A stretch of DNA of 64,000 bases from Squalus acanthias (lineage: Eukaryota). Position numbers and translations under genes: made by a program. The stretch lies in assembly GCA_030390025.1 (NCBI GenBank), contig CM059431.1, forward strand, positions 117,120,001-117,184,000, in the 5' to 3' direction. The notes beneath the pieces were generated by a model. That model was not told where the DNA came from. It saw only the letters and a list, made by a program, of their open reading frames with translations, and made no database searches. Below, piece after piece: positions 25,153 to 37,553 of this stretch (positions are counted from its first letter, which is position 1; each line of letters begins with the position of its first letter).

Positions 25153-27628
25153 GCTTGGGTTGACGTGCGCTCCTTGCGCTTGGCTTCCGCTTGCTCCCGG
25201 CGAAGAGACTCGAGGTGTTCGGTGCCTTCCCGGATGCTTCTCCTTCACTTTGTACGGTCTTTGGCCAGGGATTCCCAGGTGTCGGTGGGGATATTGCACT
25301 TTCTCAAGGAGGCTTTGAGGGTGTCCTTGAAGCGTTTCCTCTGCCCACCTGGGGCTCTCTTGCCGTGTCGGAGCTCCAAGTAGCAATTGTTTTGGGTATC
25401 TCATATCGGGCATGCAGATGATGTGACCCGTCCATCGGAGCTGATCGAGCGTGGTCAAAGTTTCGCTGCTGGGGATGTTGGCCTGAGCGAGAACACTGAC
25501 GTTGGTGCTCCTATCCTGCCAATGGATTTTCAGATTTTGCGGAGGCAGCGTTGGTGGTACCTCTCCAGTGCTTTGAGGTGCCTGCTGTACATGGTCCATG
25601 TCTCTGAAGCATACAGCAGGGCGGGTATCACTGCTGCTCTGTAGACCATGAGCTTGGTGCCGGGTTTGAGGTCCTGGTCTTCAAACACTCTCTTCCTCAG
25701 GCGACCGAAGGCTGCACTGGCACACTGAAGGCGGTGTTGGACTTCGTCATCGACGTCTGCCCTTGTTGACAGTAGGCTCCCGAGGTATGGAAAGTGGTCC
25801 ACGTTGTCCAAGGCCTTGTGGTGGACTTTGATAATCGGGGGGCAGTACTGTGACAATACTCAGCTATTTACAATCTATATTAATGACTGAGTGTAATGTA
25901 TCCAAGGTTGCTCATAATACAAAGTTAGGTGGGAAAGTAAGCTGTGAGGAGGATGCAAAGAGGCTGCAGAGAGATTTAGACAGGTTGACTGAGTGGGCAA
26001 GAACATGGCAAATGGAAAACAATGTGGGGAAGTGTGAAGTTATCCACTTTGGTAGGAAAAACAAAAAGGCGGAATCTTTATTGAATGGTGAGAGATTGGG
26101 AAATGTTTGCATTCAGAGGGACCTGAGTTTCCTTGTACATTAATCGCAGAGAGTTAACATGTAGGTATTGCATGTAGGAAAGCAAATAGTATGTTAGCTT
26201 TTGTTTCAAAGGGATTAGAGTATAAGAGTAAAGAAATCTTACTACAATTACACAGGGCATTGGTGAGGCCACACCTGGAGTACTGTGTACAGTTCTGGTC
26301 TCCTTACCGAAGGAAAGACATATTTGCCTTAGAGGGAGTGCAACAAAGGTTCACTAGACTGGTTCCTGCGATGAGGGGATTGCCCTATGAGGAGAGATTG
26401 AGTAGAATAGGCCTATATTTCCTTGAGTTTAGAAGAATAAGAGGTGATCTAATTGAAACATATACAATTCTTAAGGGGCTTGACAGGGTTAATGCTGAGA
26501 AAATGTTTCCCCTGGCTGGGGAATCTAGAACACGGGATCACAGTCTCAGAATAAAGGTCGGCCATTTAGACTGAGATGAGGAGAAATTTCTTCACTCAAA
26601 GGGTTGTGAATCTTTGGAATTCTCTACCCCAGAGAGCTGTGGATGCTCAGTCATTGAGTATATTCAAGACAGAGGTCGATAAATTTTTAGGAACGAAGGG
26701 AATCAAGGGATATGGTGATAGTGCGGGAAGGTGGAGTTGAGGTAGAAGATCAGCCATGATCTTGCTCGACGGGCCAAATGGCCTACTCCAGCTCCTATTT
26801 CTTATGTTCTAAAAGAGTAGATTGAGGGGTGAACTTATAGAGGTCTGTAAGATTATGAAAGGGTTTGATAGGGTAAACGTAGAGAAGATGTTTCCACTGG
26901 GGGAGACCAGAACTAGGGGCCATCAGTATAAGATATAATAAATCCAATAGGGAATTCAGGAGAAACTTCTTTACCCAGTGGTAAGAATATGGAACTCGCT
27001 ACCACAAGGAATAGTTGGGGCGACGAGCATTTAAGGGGAAGCTAGATAAACCTATGAGGAAGAATGGAATAGCGTGATATGTTGATGGAGTTAGATGAAG
27101 AAGGGTGGGAGGAGGCTCGTGTGGAACATAAACACCGGCATGGACCTGTTGGGCCAAATGGCCTGTTTCTGTGCTGTAAATACTACGTAACACTATTTAA
27201 GACAATGTGAGACAGAATCAAGGAGAGACGTGCACAAAGAGAGAGAGTATCAGAGACAAACCAAATTTTAATCAGCAGCTTTTTTTAAACTGGCTGTGCT
27301 CTGCTTCTTTCAGCCTGTGTAACATTGAAGGAGGTTTCTAGTTGGTTGCTACAACAGCTGATTGTAGTGAGTGAGTGCTCACGGGCATGTTTTAATTTGA
27401 GAGCTTGGATTAAATTGCTAGCAAATTAAGAGTGTACTGATTGCATGTGTGGCTGTTATAATAACTAATGGGAAACTTCTTAGATGGGTTGAGAGAGGCA
27501 GAAACTAGCAACTTGCTAATTACGGTTAAAGTTTCATAGCTGAATGCTCCTGTCATTATAAGAGCATATCCTCTTACTTACCATGAGCAATGCTATGCCA
27601 TATCTGCGAGTAATATTGTAAAAATACT

Positions 27629-28392
27629 GGGCCAAAAATTCGGCACTTGCCGGGTGAGTATTCGTTGTGTACTCACCCATAAGGCCTCCTGAAGTGCCGG
27701 TTTTCTGCATGTACTGCACATGCGCGGGAAACCGGAACTTCCGGTCTGGTGAAGGGAGCGGTTCAGAGGTGAACCGTGTGCGCGGTAGAGGCTGCGCGCA
27801 CGCAGCAAACTTAGGGTTTTTTTCAGGTTTCTCCGGGAGGGTAAGTATTGAAGAAGCTGCACTTTTAAAAAGGAGGTGCAAGACCCGTTTTCAACAAGGT
27901 AAGTGGTTAATTAATTACAATTTAAATTTTTTTCAACAGGTTTATATTTTTAGATACTTTAAAGAAAGGTAAGTTTATTTTTAGCACTGTTAAAAAGTAT
28001 TTTAATTTTTTCAAAAATTTTAATTTTTGTTTAAAGTAGTTAATTTATTTAACTATAGTTATTTTAAAACTGTGATGGTTTTTAAAACAAATTATTTGAA
28101 GTTTAGGTGTTGTTTTGGGGCTGATTTCAATTCATAGATTTGACAGGTCTTCCTGTCAAATCTATGAATGAAAGATGGTCTGCTGCCATTGGCTCTGCAT
28201 GGCCCACGTGATCCCAGGGGACGCATCGCACTAACTACGCCCCTGGGATACACAAGCACTGCGCGCCGGCAGTAGGGGGAGGCCCAGGAGCTGAAGTCCC
28301 CGTGGGCCCAGAGGTCAACGGCAGGCGCGGTAGGTAGGTGCGCGCGGGATCCTTGCACCCGCAGGAAGCCAGGGAGCCTAATTTCTAGGGCC
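27629..28392 (+). mobile_element. Harbinger-type MITE, family A
   Basis: TIRs GGGCCAAAAATT / AATTTCTAGGGCC, TSD ACT. Confidence 0.85.
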
Positions 28393-28571
28393 ACTATGTT
28401 TAGCACACAATTATTATCACCCTTCCCTGTCACACCTTGGCATCGCACTTTTATAAACAAAATTCTTGTTCAAATTCTTGCAGTTGCAAATTTCTTGTAT
28501 CCAAATTTCTTGTATCCAAATTTCTTGCAGTTGATTGGCTATTATGTAAATTCATTCATTGTAATTGGGCC

Positions 28572-29256
28572 ATATAGAATCATAGAATGGTTACAGTTCA
28601 GAAAGAGGCCATTCGGCCCATCAATCGTGCCAGCCCTCTGCAAGAGCACTTCAGCTAGTCCCACTCTCCAGCCCTTTTCCCTTGGCCGTGCAAATTTTTT
28701 TCCTTCAGGTACTTATCCAATTCCCTTTTGAAAGCCATGATTGAGTCTGCCTTCTCCACCCTTTCAGGCAGTGCATTCCAGATCATAACCACTCGCTGCG
28801 TAGAAAAGTTTTTCCTCATGCCGCCTTTGATTCTTCTGCCAATCACCTTAAATCTGTGTCCTCTGGTTCTCAACCCTTCCGCTAATGAGAACAGTTTCTC
28901 TCTCTACTCTGTCTAGACTCCTCATGATTTTGAACACCTCTATCAAATCTCCTCTCAACCTTCTCTGCACTAAGGAAAACAACCCCAGCTTCTCCAGTCT
29001 ATCCACGTAACTGAAGTCCCTCATCCCTGCACCCTCTCTAAGGCCTTCACATCCTTCCTAAAGTGCGGTGCCCAGAATTGGACACAATACTCCAGTTGAG
29101 GCCGAACCAGTGTTTTATACAGGTTCATCATAACTTCCTTGCTTTTGTACTATGTGCCTCTATTTATGAAGCCCAGGATCCCGTATGCTTCTTTAACTGC
29201 TTTCTCAACCTGCCCTGCCACCTTCAACGATTTGTGCACAAATACCCCCAAAATTA
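28572..29256 (-). mobile_element. CR1 3' fragment with (ATTCTATG)n tail
   Basis: RTRGHRFKV..FSTQRVVMIWNALP. Confidence 0.9.
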
Positions 29257-29463
29257 TATAAAAATTGCCTGTAAAGTGAAAGCAAATCAATCAAATTATT
29301 CAAAACTTCAATGATTTTTATATCTTCAGCCTCTCCCAAGAGCCCAGCCTTGAAGTTGATAGGGAGATGATGCTGTTTGAGCATGTGCAAGATTTTCTAT
29401 CAAACATCAGTAGGCTTCTATAAGTGAGTGGCAGACTGTGTCACAACAGGAAAGGGTATATTT

Positions 29464-30170
29464 CAACAACAACAACAACTTGTATTTATATAGCGCTTTT
29501 AATGTAGTAAAACAGGAGTATTATAAGACAAAAGAAAATTTGACACCGAGCCACATAAGGGGATACTGGGGCAGATGACCAAAAGCTTGGTCAAAGAGGT
29601 AGGTTTTAAGGAGCGTCTTAAAGGAGGAAAGAGAGGTAGCGAGGCGGAGAGGTTTAGGGAGGAAATTCCAGAGCTTAGGGCCTTGGCAGCAGAAGGTACG
29701 GCCACCAATGGTTGAGCGATTATAATCAGGGATGCTCAGGAGAGCAGAATTAGAGGAGCGCAGATATCTCGGGGGGTTGTGGGGCTGGAGGAGATTACAG
29801 AGATAGGGAGGGGCGAGGCCATAGAGGGATTTGAAAAGAAGGATGAGAATTTTGAAATCAAGGCGTTGCTTAACCGGGAGCCAATGTAGGTCAGCGAGCA
29901 CAGGGGTGATGGGTGAAGGGACTTGGTGCGAGTTAGGAAATGGGCAGCCGAGTTATGGATGACCCCAAGTTTACGTAGGGTAGAACATGGGAGGCCAGCC
30001 AGGAGTGTGTTGGAATAATCAAGTCTAGAGGTAACAAAGGCATGGATGAGGGTTTCAGCAGTGGATGAGCTGAGGCGAGGGCGGAGGCGGGCAATGTTAC
30101 AGAGGTGGAAATAGGCAGTCTTAGTTATGCTGCGGATATGTGGTTGGAACTCATTTCAGGGTCAAATATG
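29464..30170 (-). mobile_element. L2-clade LINE 3' fragment
   Basis: LADLHWLPVKQRLDFKIL..APPYL..PKLWNFLP..FKTLLKTYLF and a (TTG)n tail. Confidence 0.9.
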
Positions 30171-30178
30171 CCTAATGG

Positions 30179-31971
30179 TGTAAAAAATTGTGTTTTTCTA
30201 GGGGACTTAAAAACAAGTTCCAGGTTGAATTGTACAGGTACTGTAGAGTTTCGCAATTATCGCGATTCTAATAATATGAGAGAAGCAGGTTCAATTGAAC
30301 ATTTTTATTGAACGGAATGCTGTCTTGAAAATAAAGGGTACAGAAGCCTGTAAAATGGCCGCCGCGCATCGTGGCAGAAGTTTTACATGAGACACAGCGG
30401 GCAGACAAGATGGCGTCGAATATTCATTCAGTATGAGATCATACCTGGTACAAATTGAAAAGGCAGGATACAACCCGTTTGCATTTTGGACAATAGCAAT
30501 GATATAAGTGCTTGAATCGTTTCATACGCACAGTAAGAATCATTCAACTGGGCCATCGAAAGCCCATCCAGACACATCAATACACAAATACCCCCCCGGC
30601 TCAACAATGAGAGAGACATTGGCGGGTGATTAAGCCAGTATTCGGGGGGCCCCAAAACCAGTCGAGGAGACGATTCATACACATCCTGGCTGGCTCAACA
30701 ATGAAGAAGGCATTAACGGATAGTTGGCCAGTTTCAGGTGATACCGAAACCCGTTAAGAAGATAATCGCCCCATGCTGGGAGTTTTGGGCGCCAAAATCA
30801 CACAAAGGATAACATTTAGATTTGAGCGGGAGATAAGGCCGACAAAACAGTATAACTATAGAGGACAAATGTTCATCGGGAGTGAGTTTTGAAACAGACA
30901 CAGACACAGTTACGAGTAGGAGATGAAGCAGTTACAGTGACGAGTTATGGTCAGTTACGGAGAAAAGAGGAATCGGTCTCTTGGCTCTTTTTCGCTTCTT
31001 CGCTCTCTTGTTCCTTCAGCGGGTCTGTGCTGGTTGGTTATTCGAGTGTTGGGTGGAGTTCAATCAGAACGAGCCACCTCGACACGGCAGGCAGCAGGGT
31101 ACACCATCCCGATCGTCGGTAAACGGTGTCCGGACCCATCAGGGCAACACAGCGGTGTGTTCCCGAGCGAGGCCCGAGTGACGAGAAGAAAGACGAGAAG
31201 AAAGACGAGAAGAAATTCCACGTGCTGCCACGGTCAGTAAACCCCGACCGCGCCCGAAGATAAACGGCAGAGTCCACCAGTTCGAATTCTACAGACTACT
31301 TCATGACCCGGTTTGAATTCCACAAACTACTTCATGACATCAGGGAGTCTGGCTTACCCTCCGGCTCTTTGAGCGGGTAGCCCGAGCCATCCGCGATGAA
31401 CTTTACCAGGGCCGTCTCAAGTGGACCCATTCGCGGCAGCGAGAGTAAACAAGTCGGGGGCAGAAACCCTTACAGCCACGTGACAGCCAGGCGCTGCAGC
31501 GAAACGAGCTGAGAGCCTCATTTTAAATTTCCGAAGTGAGCCGAGTGGTGAGCATGTTTTCCGATCCTACAAATCCAGACGTAGTTTAAGTATATTAAGG
31601 GAGGGTGGTTTCTAAGGTTAATGTATAATGTGTTCCCCCTTTTACGATGTGTCGTGTGTTCCCCATTTCCATAGACCAAGTTTAATGAACGTGTGCAAAC
31701 TGGTACTCTCTTTGATCTGCGCCTATGACATGTATTTCATGATTTTAGACGCCATGCAATAAAGACATTCATTTCGTACTATTCAACCAGGTCTATTCGA
31801 GTCTTTTCTCTGCATTACTGCTCCTTGCATCTAAGTCCAGGTGTCAGAACCGTAAGGGCGAGTGGGTCGAACCACTCACAGGTGCTTATTGCAAAAGTCT
31901 GGCCGGAGACCAGAGCCAGCAATAGTGTAGGCAACGAAAGCCTCACCTCGCACCAGTCCGTGACCCTTACA
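30179..31971 (+). mobile_element. Solo LTR-like element (1.8 kb)
   Basis: TGTAA...TTACA ends, TATA-like motif near 30850, AATAAA at 31759, YY1-like AAAATGGC and internal tandem repeats. The U5 motif is shared with 9274-9364. No matching TSD is seen. Confidence 0.7.
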
Positions 31972-32631
31972 GTAAGCTCGTACATTATTAACTGTTTAAT
32001 TCACAGAAACAGCACAAGTTGTTTTCCAAGAGATATTGTCTGCAATTCACAGGATGATGGAGTCTGAGCATCTCCAGTCTCAAGCATTTCTTAGGATGTG
32101 TCAACATGATTCTCTGGGGGAGTATTGAATTCAGGTGATAGAGTAAAACTGCCAATATCTGATCAGCTGCCCGTTATACATGTCAACTGATTTTCATTTC
32201 CATTGAAGCCATGGTGAACAATTATTAGGCACCTTTACACTTTCAAATAGATGCTTACTAAAATAACTTTCTGATGTAGCATGCATGTTCGAGTTTAAGT
32301 TGTGTATAACTCTATCAATTACATACCTTACATAAAGCAACTGGAAGTTTAGTGAAGTTTGAAGCTTAGCTCAGGGACAAGCAGAAAAGCACAACTGCAT
32401 ACTGGTGGGTTCAGCCTGAGAGAGCAGCCAGGAACGGGGCAGAATTAAAGGCTTGGGCTTTTTCCAGTGTGGGCCAAATATTTTGTCTTGCCAATGTTAA
32501 GCTAGAGAAAGCTCTGCCTCATCTACAACAGATTTACAGTCCGATACAGATAAAATGATGGGCCCCAAAATTTCAATGAATTGGTAGGGTGAAAACCAGA
32601 TGTATCGGGGGAGGGAGTTGTAATTTAGTAA

Positions 32632-32895
32632 GAGAAGAAGTTGCATTTACAAACTTTGGTGAAGACACAGAGAAAGATTCCCTGCTCTTCTAGTGCCATG
32701 AATCTTGCACGTCCACCTGAACAGGCAGGCAGGACATCGGTGTAATTACTTATCCGAAAGACGGCACCTCCGACAGTGCAGCACCCTTCAGTACAGCAAT
32801 GGAGTGTCAGCCTAGGTTTTGTGCTCAAGTGCCTGGAGTCGGACCTGAGCCCATGATCTCCTGGCTCAGAAGCAAAAATTCGGCAATTGAACCAA
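32632..32895 (-). mobile_element. Decayed Deu-domain (SacSINE1-like) SINE
   Basis: Reverse-complement similarity to 55810-56040. Confidence 0.75.
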
Positions 32896-33588
32896 ATTAA
32901 GGAAAGAGGATCTACTAGTTTTCCACCCCATTTAAGTTCCACCCTAAATTCTGGCAAAAGTGAGGGACAGTGTAAGAAGTGCCCACTCCATTACGAGCGC
33001 AGGCACAGAAATTATGGGTTTAGGCCAAGATGACATTATCCATCCCAAATACTGTCATTTCCAGCCTAGGATCCGCCATCTTATTTTCCAGGCCTCCCAG
33101 ATGCAGAGCACCAATTGCTGGCTGCACACATGCCTTTCCCCGCCCACCAATATTCTAATGAGCTGACCCCCCCCCCCCAACCCATTTCTGGCAGGGTCAG
33201 CATTAGGACGATAGGTCAGGCCGAAATCCAGCTTGCCGCATTTCATGGTGGTGGATCGCGGAACTCAGAATTTCCGGGCCATGGAGTCAAGGTGGCAGAG
33301 AGATAAACTTTAGTCCTGTCGACATACATGTCGAAGCTGATGCCGTACTCACGGATGAAGTTGCTGAGAAAGGTGGAGCTGTAGGACTGGCAGAGAAGCG
33401 CCAGCACAGACTGTGAGCACTTCCTATCTATATTCCACCACCTTTTACTTCTGTCTACTGTCTGACTAAAATTAGTAAGGGCAGGAATTCCCGCCTCATA
33501 GTATCTGACAGGGGTAATGAATTGAACTGCCGCGGAAAGGGCGAATGAGGAATTGGAATTTATCATCACTGAAGTTTTAAAGTATTAC

Positions 33589-33743
33589 TTTGAAATCGGA
33601 GATAGCACCTTCACAGAAATCTGGTGGGTGATCATCAAGTTGCTGACACAGAACAAGAGAACATTGAATATCCAGCGTGGATGGGAAGATAAGGTTATTT
33701 ATCTTGCTGACCCCAGCACATCTAAGAATACTTTCAAATTGTT
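33589..33743 (-). other. Candidate internal coding exon (155 nt, phase 1-0)
   Basis: Acceptor TCTTTGCATCAACAG|, open frame QFESILRC..AISDFK, donor |GTAATA. Confidence 0.35.
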
Positions 33744-33929
33744 CTGTTGATGCAAAGATGAATGAGTTTGTTGTTTAGTAAACCCTCACAGAGAATGCAA
33801 CTTGCAATGACTATTCCTTATTTATAGCTGGTACAAGGGGTGAATGAACAAAGTTTGAACATAAAAATCCAACTTTGTTTTGCACACCATTTAGTAATCA
33901 GAAGTGGTATGAAGAAATGAATCTCTTAC

Positions 33930-33978
33930 TACCGAAACTAAACAGCATTAATATGCCACCAAACCAAATTATAATTGT
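33930..33978 (-). other. Candidate short coding exon (49 nt, phase 0-1)
   Basis: TTTTGGTGTTCAG|TIIIWFGGILMLFSFG|GTAAGA. Confidence 0.3.
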
Positions 33979-34907
33979 CTGAACACCAAAATGTGATGAG
34001 TAGTAATGAATACATTAAGATTAAGAAATAGCAATAGAAATAAATCCAGAATGTTCTGTCACTGACAGTCCTAAATCTTCGACTAGCGAAATAATAATGG
34101 CACAAAGCAATGACAAAAAGAAAATGTATAGAGAATCTAACGTTACCCACTCAACTGTCTTCTGACACCTACACATTAGTGAAGGAGGTGTAACTATATA
34201 TGTCTATCTGTCACCGATAATGCAGCCTACAGTTATACAGTAAAATGGAAGCATATGCTACCTTTCATCTGAAGATCATAGTATCATTAAATATAACTTT
34301 CTAAGAGAAGAAAATCACCTCCAAATATTTAAAGCAATAGGAAAGGACTGCAGCAAAAAAAAATTGCATCCTATTAAAAATTCAGCAATGGATTATCATT
34401 AATAGATTATCACTATCCACACAAAAATTAAATACAGCAACAGTTTTTCAAAACAGAGCCTTTATGAGAATGTTTGTTTGTATGTAGGACCCTACAGTGT
34501 AAAATGCAACCTTACAGCCTGAAAATTGTTGTAGCTGAAAACTGAACATTTTTGTGTGTATAATCCCTGCTCATTAACTCCCAGTGTACATGTGTTAATC
34601 GTGCATCAATTTAAGCAGAGCAACACTTAATTTACTCTTTTAAACCACTGACCTGATACAGGAAAGAGTGGGTCAGGTGTTAGACGTGGAAATTTCTAGC
34701 AGATCGAGGCTTCTAGGCCAAGAATGGAGAATTCATCACTTGAATGATGCTGAACTAGAGCTGCCAATACAACAAGTGTGGGAAAGGACTATATTGTCTA
34801 GCACTGAAAGGCAAACTCCTCAAAGGTGGCTGATACAGTAAGCATGGCAACAGATAGTGAACAGAATCCATGCTGCCTGTATGGCCTTGATTATTAGTCC
34901 ACTCCAA

Positions 34908-35641
34908 AGGGCAGGAAAGAATCTGGCGAGGGGTTAAAATCTTCAAATTCGAGATCCTGCCCCCCAACCCGCCATCTTACCGGCCGCCAGAATATTAACG
35001 GTGATGATTCAGGCCCTGGGCAAGGCTCCCGCTAAAAGCAGGCGGGAACCTAATTAAGAGGCAGAAGTTGCAGCCCGATGGTGACATTGGCACTGCAACG
35101 TAACATTAACATCAAGGCAGGGGAAGTCCTGAACTGTCTGTTGCCCAGCAACAGAAACAAGGCTGGAGAAGCCGCCTGGCCAGAAGAGACCCAGGTAAGT
35201 TTTAAAAACTTCCTTCACTTTGAACTGCTTGTGGGACAGGCAGAGCAGGAGTTCTTCTCAAACCAAAACCCCTCCCCAAGCCCCTCAAGGAGTCCTTGGG
35301 CCTTCACAGCCCCGGCCTCCCCCTGATTGTGCAACGCAAAGTAATCCCCAGCCCTCCCCAATCCCACCATATTGTGAGGGAACCCCTCCACCCAGTAACT
35401 GCCAGAAACCGTTCCTACAGGTCCCCAGCTGCTGCTTCCTGTGGTCAAATTCACACTCCCACTCGCCTGCCAGGTAGTTAATCTGGCCAATTGTCGGGCG
35501 GGAGTACGGGTAATTTTATTTAACTGAGGTCCTGCTGTTCCGATCGGCAGGGCTTCCACGTCCTTGACCTGTTCGGGTGCATCGCCCGCTACTGGGCTCC
35601 CCCGCACCCTTCTCAATTCCCCCTCGTAAACAATCAAGGCC
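34908..35641. mobile_element. Probable decayed Harbinger-type MITE
   Basis: GC-rich block starting GGGC and ending GGCC. It shares GGGGTTAAAAT with 23856-24622. The TIRs are degenerate. Confidence 0.4.
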
Positions 35642-37474
35642 TGTGTCCCAGTGGACTTGGATCCAGGTGAGGAAAAAGATGGCTGACTTGAAGAAAACTG
35701 CTAAGCTAAGGCTACTGAACAACTTTGAATGCTAAGTGCCTGCTCCTAGTATAGTTGACACAAAGTATTCCTCACAACTTGTAACTCATATTCTACCGCT
35801 GCATCCTAATCATTCATACAAGCTTATCCTCTACATGTAAAATATTGCCCACTGAAAGCATGGCCATGTTGCAGCCCAACATAAATATAAACAGCAACGT
35901 AGAACAGAAACTGCTGTTGGATCGATATCTTCGAGGCTGCATGTAAAAAATTCTTCTAGCTACACATTGCATATTCTATCTGTCTGTCTCTCTCCCTATT
36001 ATTTTTAATAGATAACACTGTAGGGCCTGGTACTCAGTCCTCCCACTGCTATGTCATGCGTCATCCAGTTAATTTTTTCTTCTGACATGAAGGTGAATTC
36101 GATTTTTAACAAAATCTGTTTCTTAACTCACTTTGTTTTAATTATTTGCCTTTATGTTTGCTGCCAACTTGAGCCTTTTTCCAGTGGTGGGACCTCCTCC
36201 AGTGACCCCGCTCAGCTGCTGGCATCTCTCAACATCTCCCTGAGGTGTTTCCCTATCTTTCCAGCCTTAGCTTCTGCACTGAACAATTCCTCACCCTTAG
36301 TGATTTTAATCTCTATCTCAATTCCCATTGCCTTTATTTCTCCAAAATCACTGCCCTCCTGTCCTCTCCAAGTCATTCCCTCCATAGAAACTCTCCCAAA
36401 CATATTAGCGGCCACGCCTCTAACATTGCCATCTCTCATGGTATCTTTCCTCCCATGGTCTCAATCACTGAAAAGACCATCTCTGACCACTTCTTTGTAA
36501 CCCTTACCATCCACGTCCCCTACTCTTCTTTAACCCCATTCCCCCCCACCTCCCCCCCCCCACCATGTTACTTATTACTGCACACACTCCCAGCTATCTA
36601 GTCTTTGGTTCTCCATTTACTACGATACAACTGCAGCTATTGATTTGCTCAACTATTCTCTCATCGCCACTTTTGATGCAAAACCTTCACTGTCTCCCAT
36701 TCAAGGGCTGCAAACTTGAGGATATCTGATGTGCAATTGGCTTAGCCATCCATTACCAGATCTGACTCAATCAGATTAAACTCAACTGGACCTTGCTCTC
36801 CTCTGCCAAAGTATCCACTACTCTTAGAAAGTAAAGGTAATCCCAGGCTTCTTCTCTCGACTACCAACTGCCTCCTAAAACCTTCTCCCCTGTCCTTTTC
36901 TCCCTCATTTCTGATAAGTATGAGGAACTCATGGATTTCTTAATCACCATGAAAGAGGACCTCCATGCAGCTGCCTCTGCTGCTTCTCCCGTCCCTTTTC
37001 CCACCTGAACCAGAACCCCTCTTTCTCTCTCTGTAGTTTCTCTCTATCTCTTCCCATGCTCGCTCCAGTCTCATCCATGAGACCTACTTCCTGTTCCTTT
37101 GACCCCATTTCCACTAAACTCCTGACCACTTCCAGGTTTCCACGTCAACTGACATTGTAAATAGTTCCCTCGCCCCAGGAACTGCCTACCTGTCTTTCAA
37201 AACTACTATCATTAGCCCCCTCCTCAAAAAAACTTATCCTTGACCCCATTAACTACAGCCCATCACCAACTTCCTTTTACTCTCTAAATGCATTATTTCT
37301 CCTCATCCTCCTTGACCGTTGTGCAGCCTTGAACAGCCAATCACATTACCTTGCTCCAATGCCTCTTCCCTATTATTCAGCTTGGTCGGGCTGCCCTCAC
37401 TTGATTCTATTCTTATCTATTTGATGTGAGAAGTCGCACAACACCAGGTTATAGTCCAACAGCTTTATTTGAAA

Positions 37475-37511
37475 TCACAAGCTTTCGGAGCGCTGCTCCT
37501 TCGTCAGGTGA
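37475..37511 (-). ncRNA. Minimal type I hammerhead ribozyme motif
   Basis: UCAC-CUGACGA-A-GGAGC(AGC)GCUCC-GAAA-GCUU-GUGA, giving the core, stem II and a 4-bp stem I. Confidence 0.75.
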
Positions 37512-37516
37512 AGACT

Positions 37517-37553
37517 TGACCTGACGAAGGAGCAATGCTCCGAAAGCTTGTGA
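37517..37553 (+). ncRNA. Minimal hammerhead ribozyme motif (stem I mismatch)
   Basis: UGAC-CUGACGA-A-GGAGC(AAU)GCUCC-GAAA-GCUU-GUGA. Confidence 0.65.

Larger units (their letters stand above)
22797..25858 (-). mobile_element. RTE-clade LINE 3' fragment split by a solo LTR
   Basis: VDHFPYLGSLLS..ASAAFGRLRKRVF..ALLYASETWT, an (AAG)n tail and an 11-bp TSD CTCAGCTATTT. Confidence 0.9.
20440..26810 (+). mobile_element. Decayed 5'-truncated CR1 ORF2 hosting a MITE and an RTE
   Basis: ORFs 20470..21690 and 25850..26574 encode CR1 tether/RT sequence. Tail CCTATTTCTTATGTTC. Confidence 0.9.
10335..27195 (+). mobile_element. Old host CR1 ORF2 in three pieces (10335-11208, 20012-20354, 26811-27195)
   Basis: The reading rejoins across both insertions: YSLENK|FLNGREEQ and GLFSLE|KSRLRGELIEV. 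The 3' tail lies near 27150-27195. Confidence 0.8.

Noticed and set aside
28458..28532. CAAATT(T)CTTG tandem repeat
   Set aside because: A simple slippage minisatellite with no spacers.
31180..31214. ACGAGAAGAAAG x3 giving a TRRK peptide
   Set aside because: A local tandem duplication inside an LTR with no coding support.
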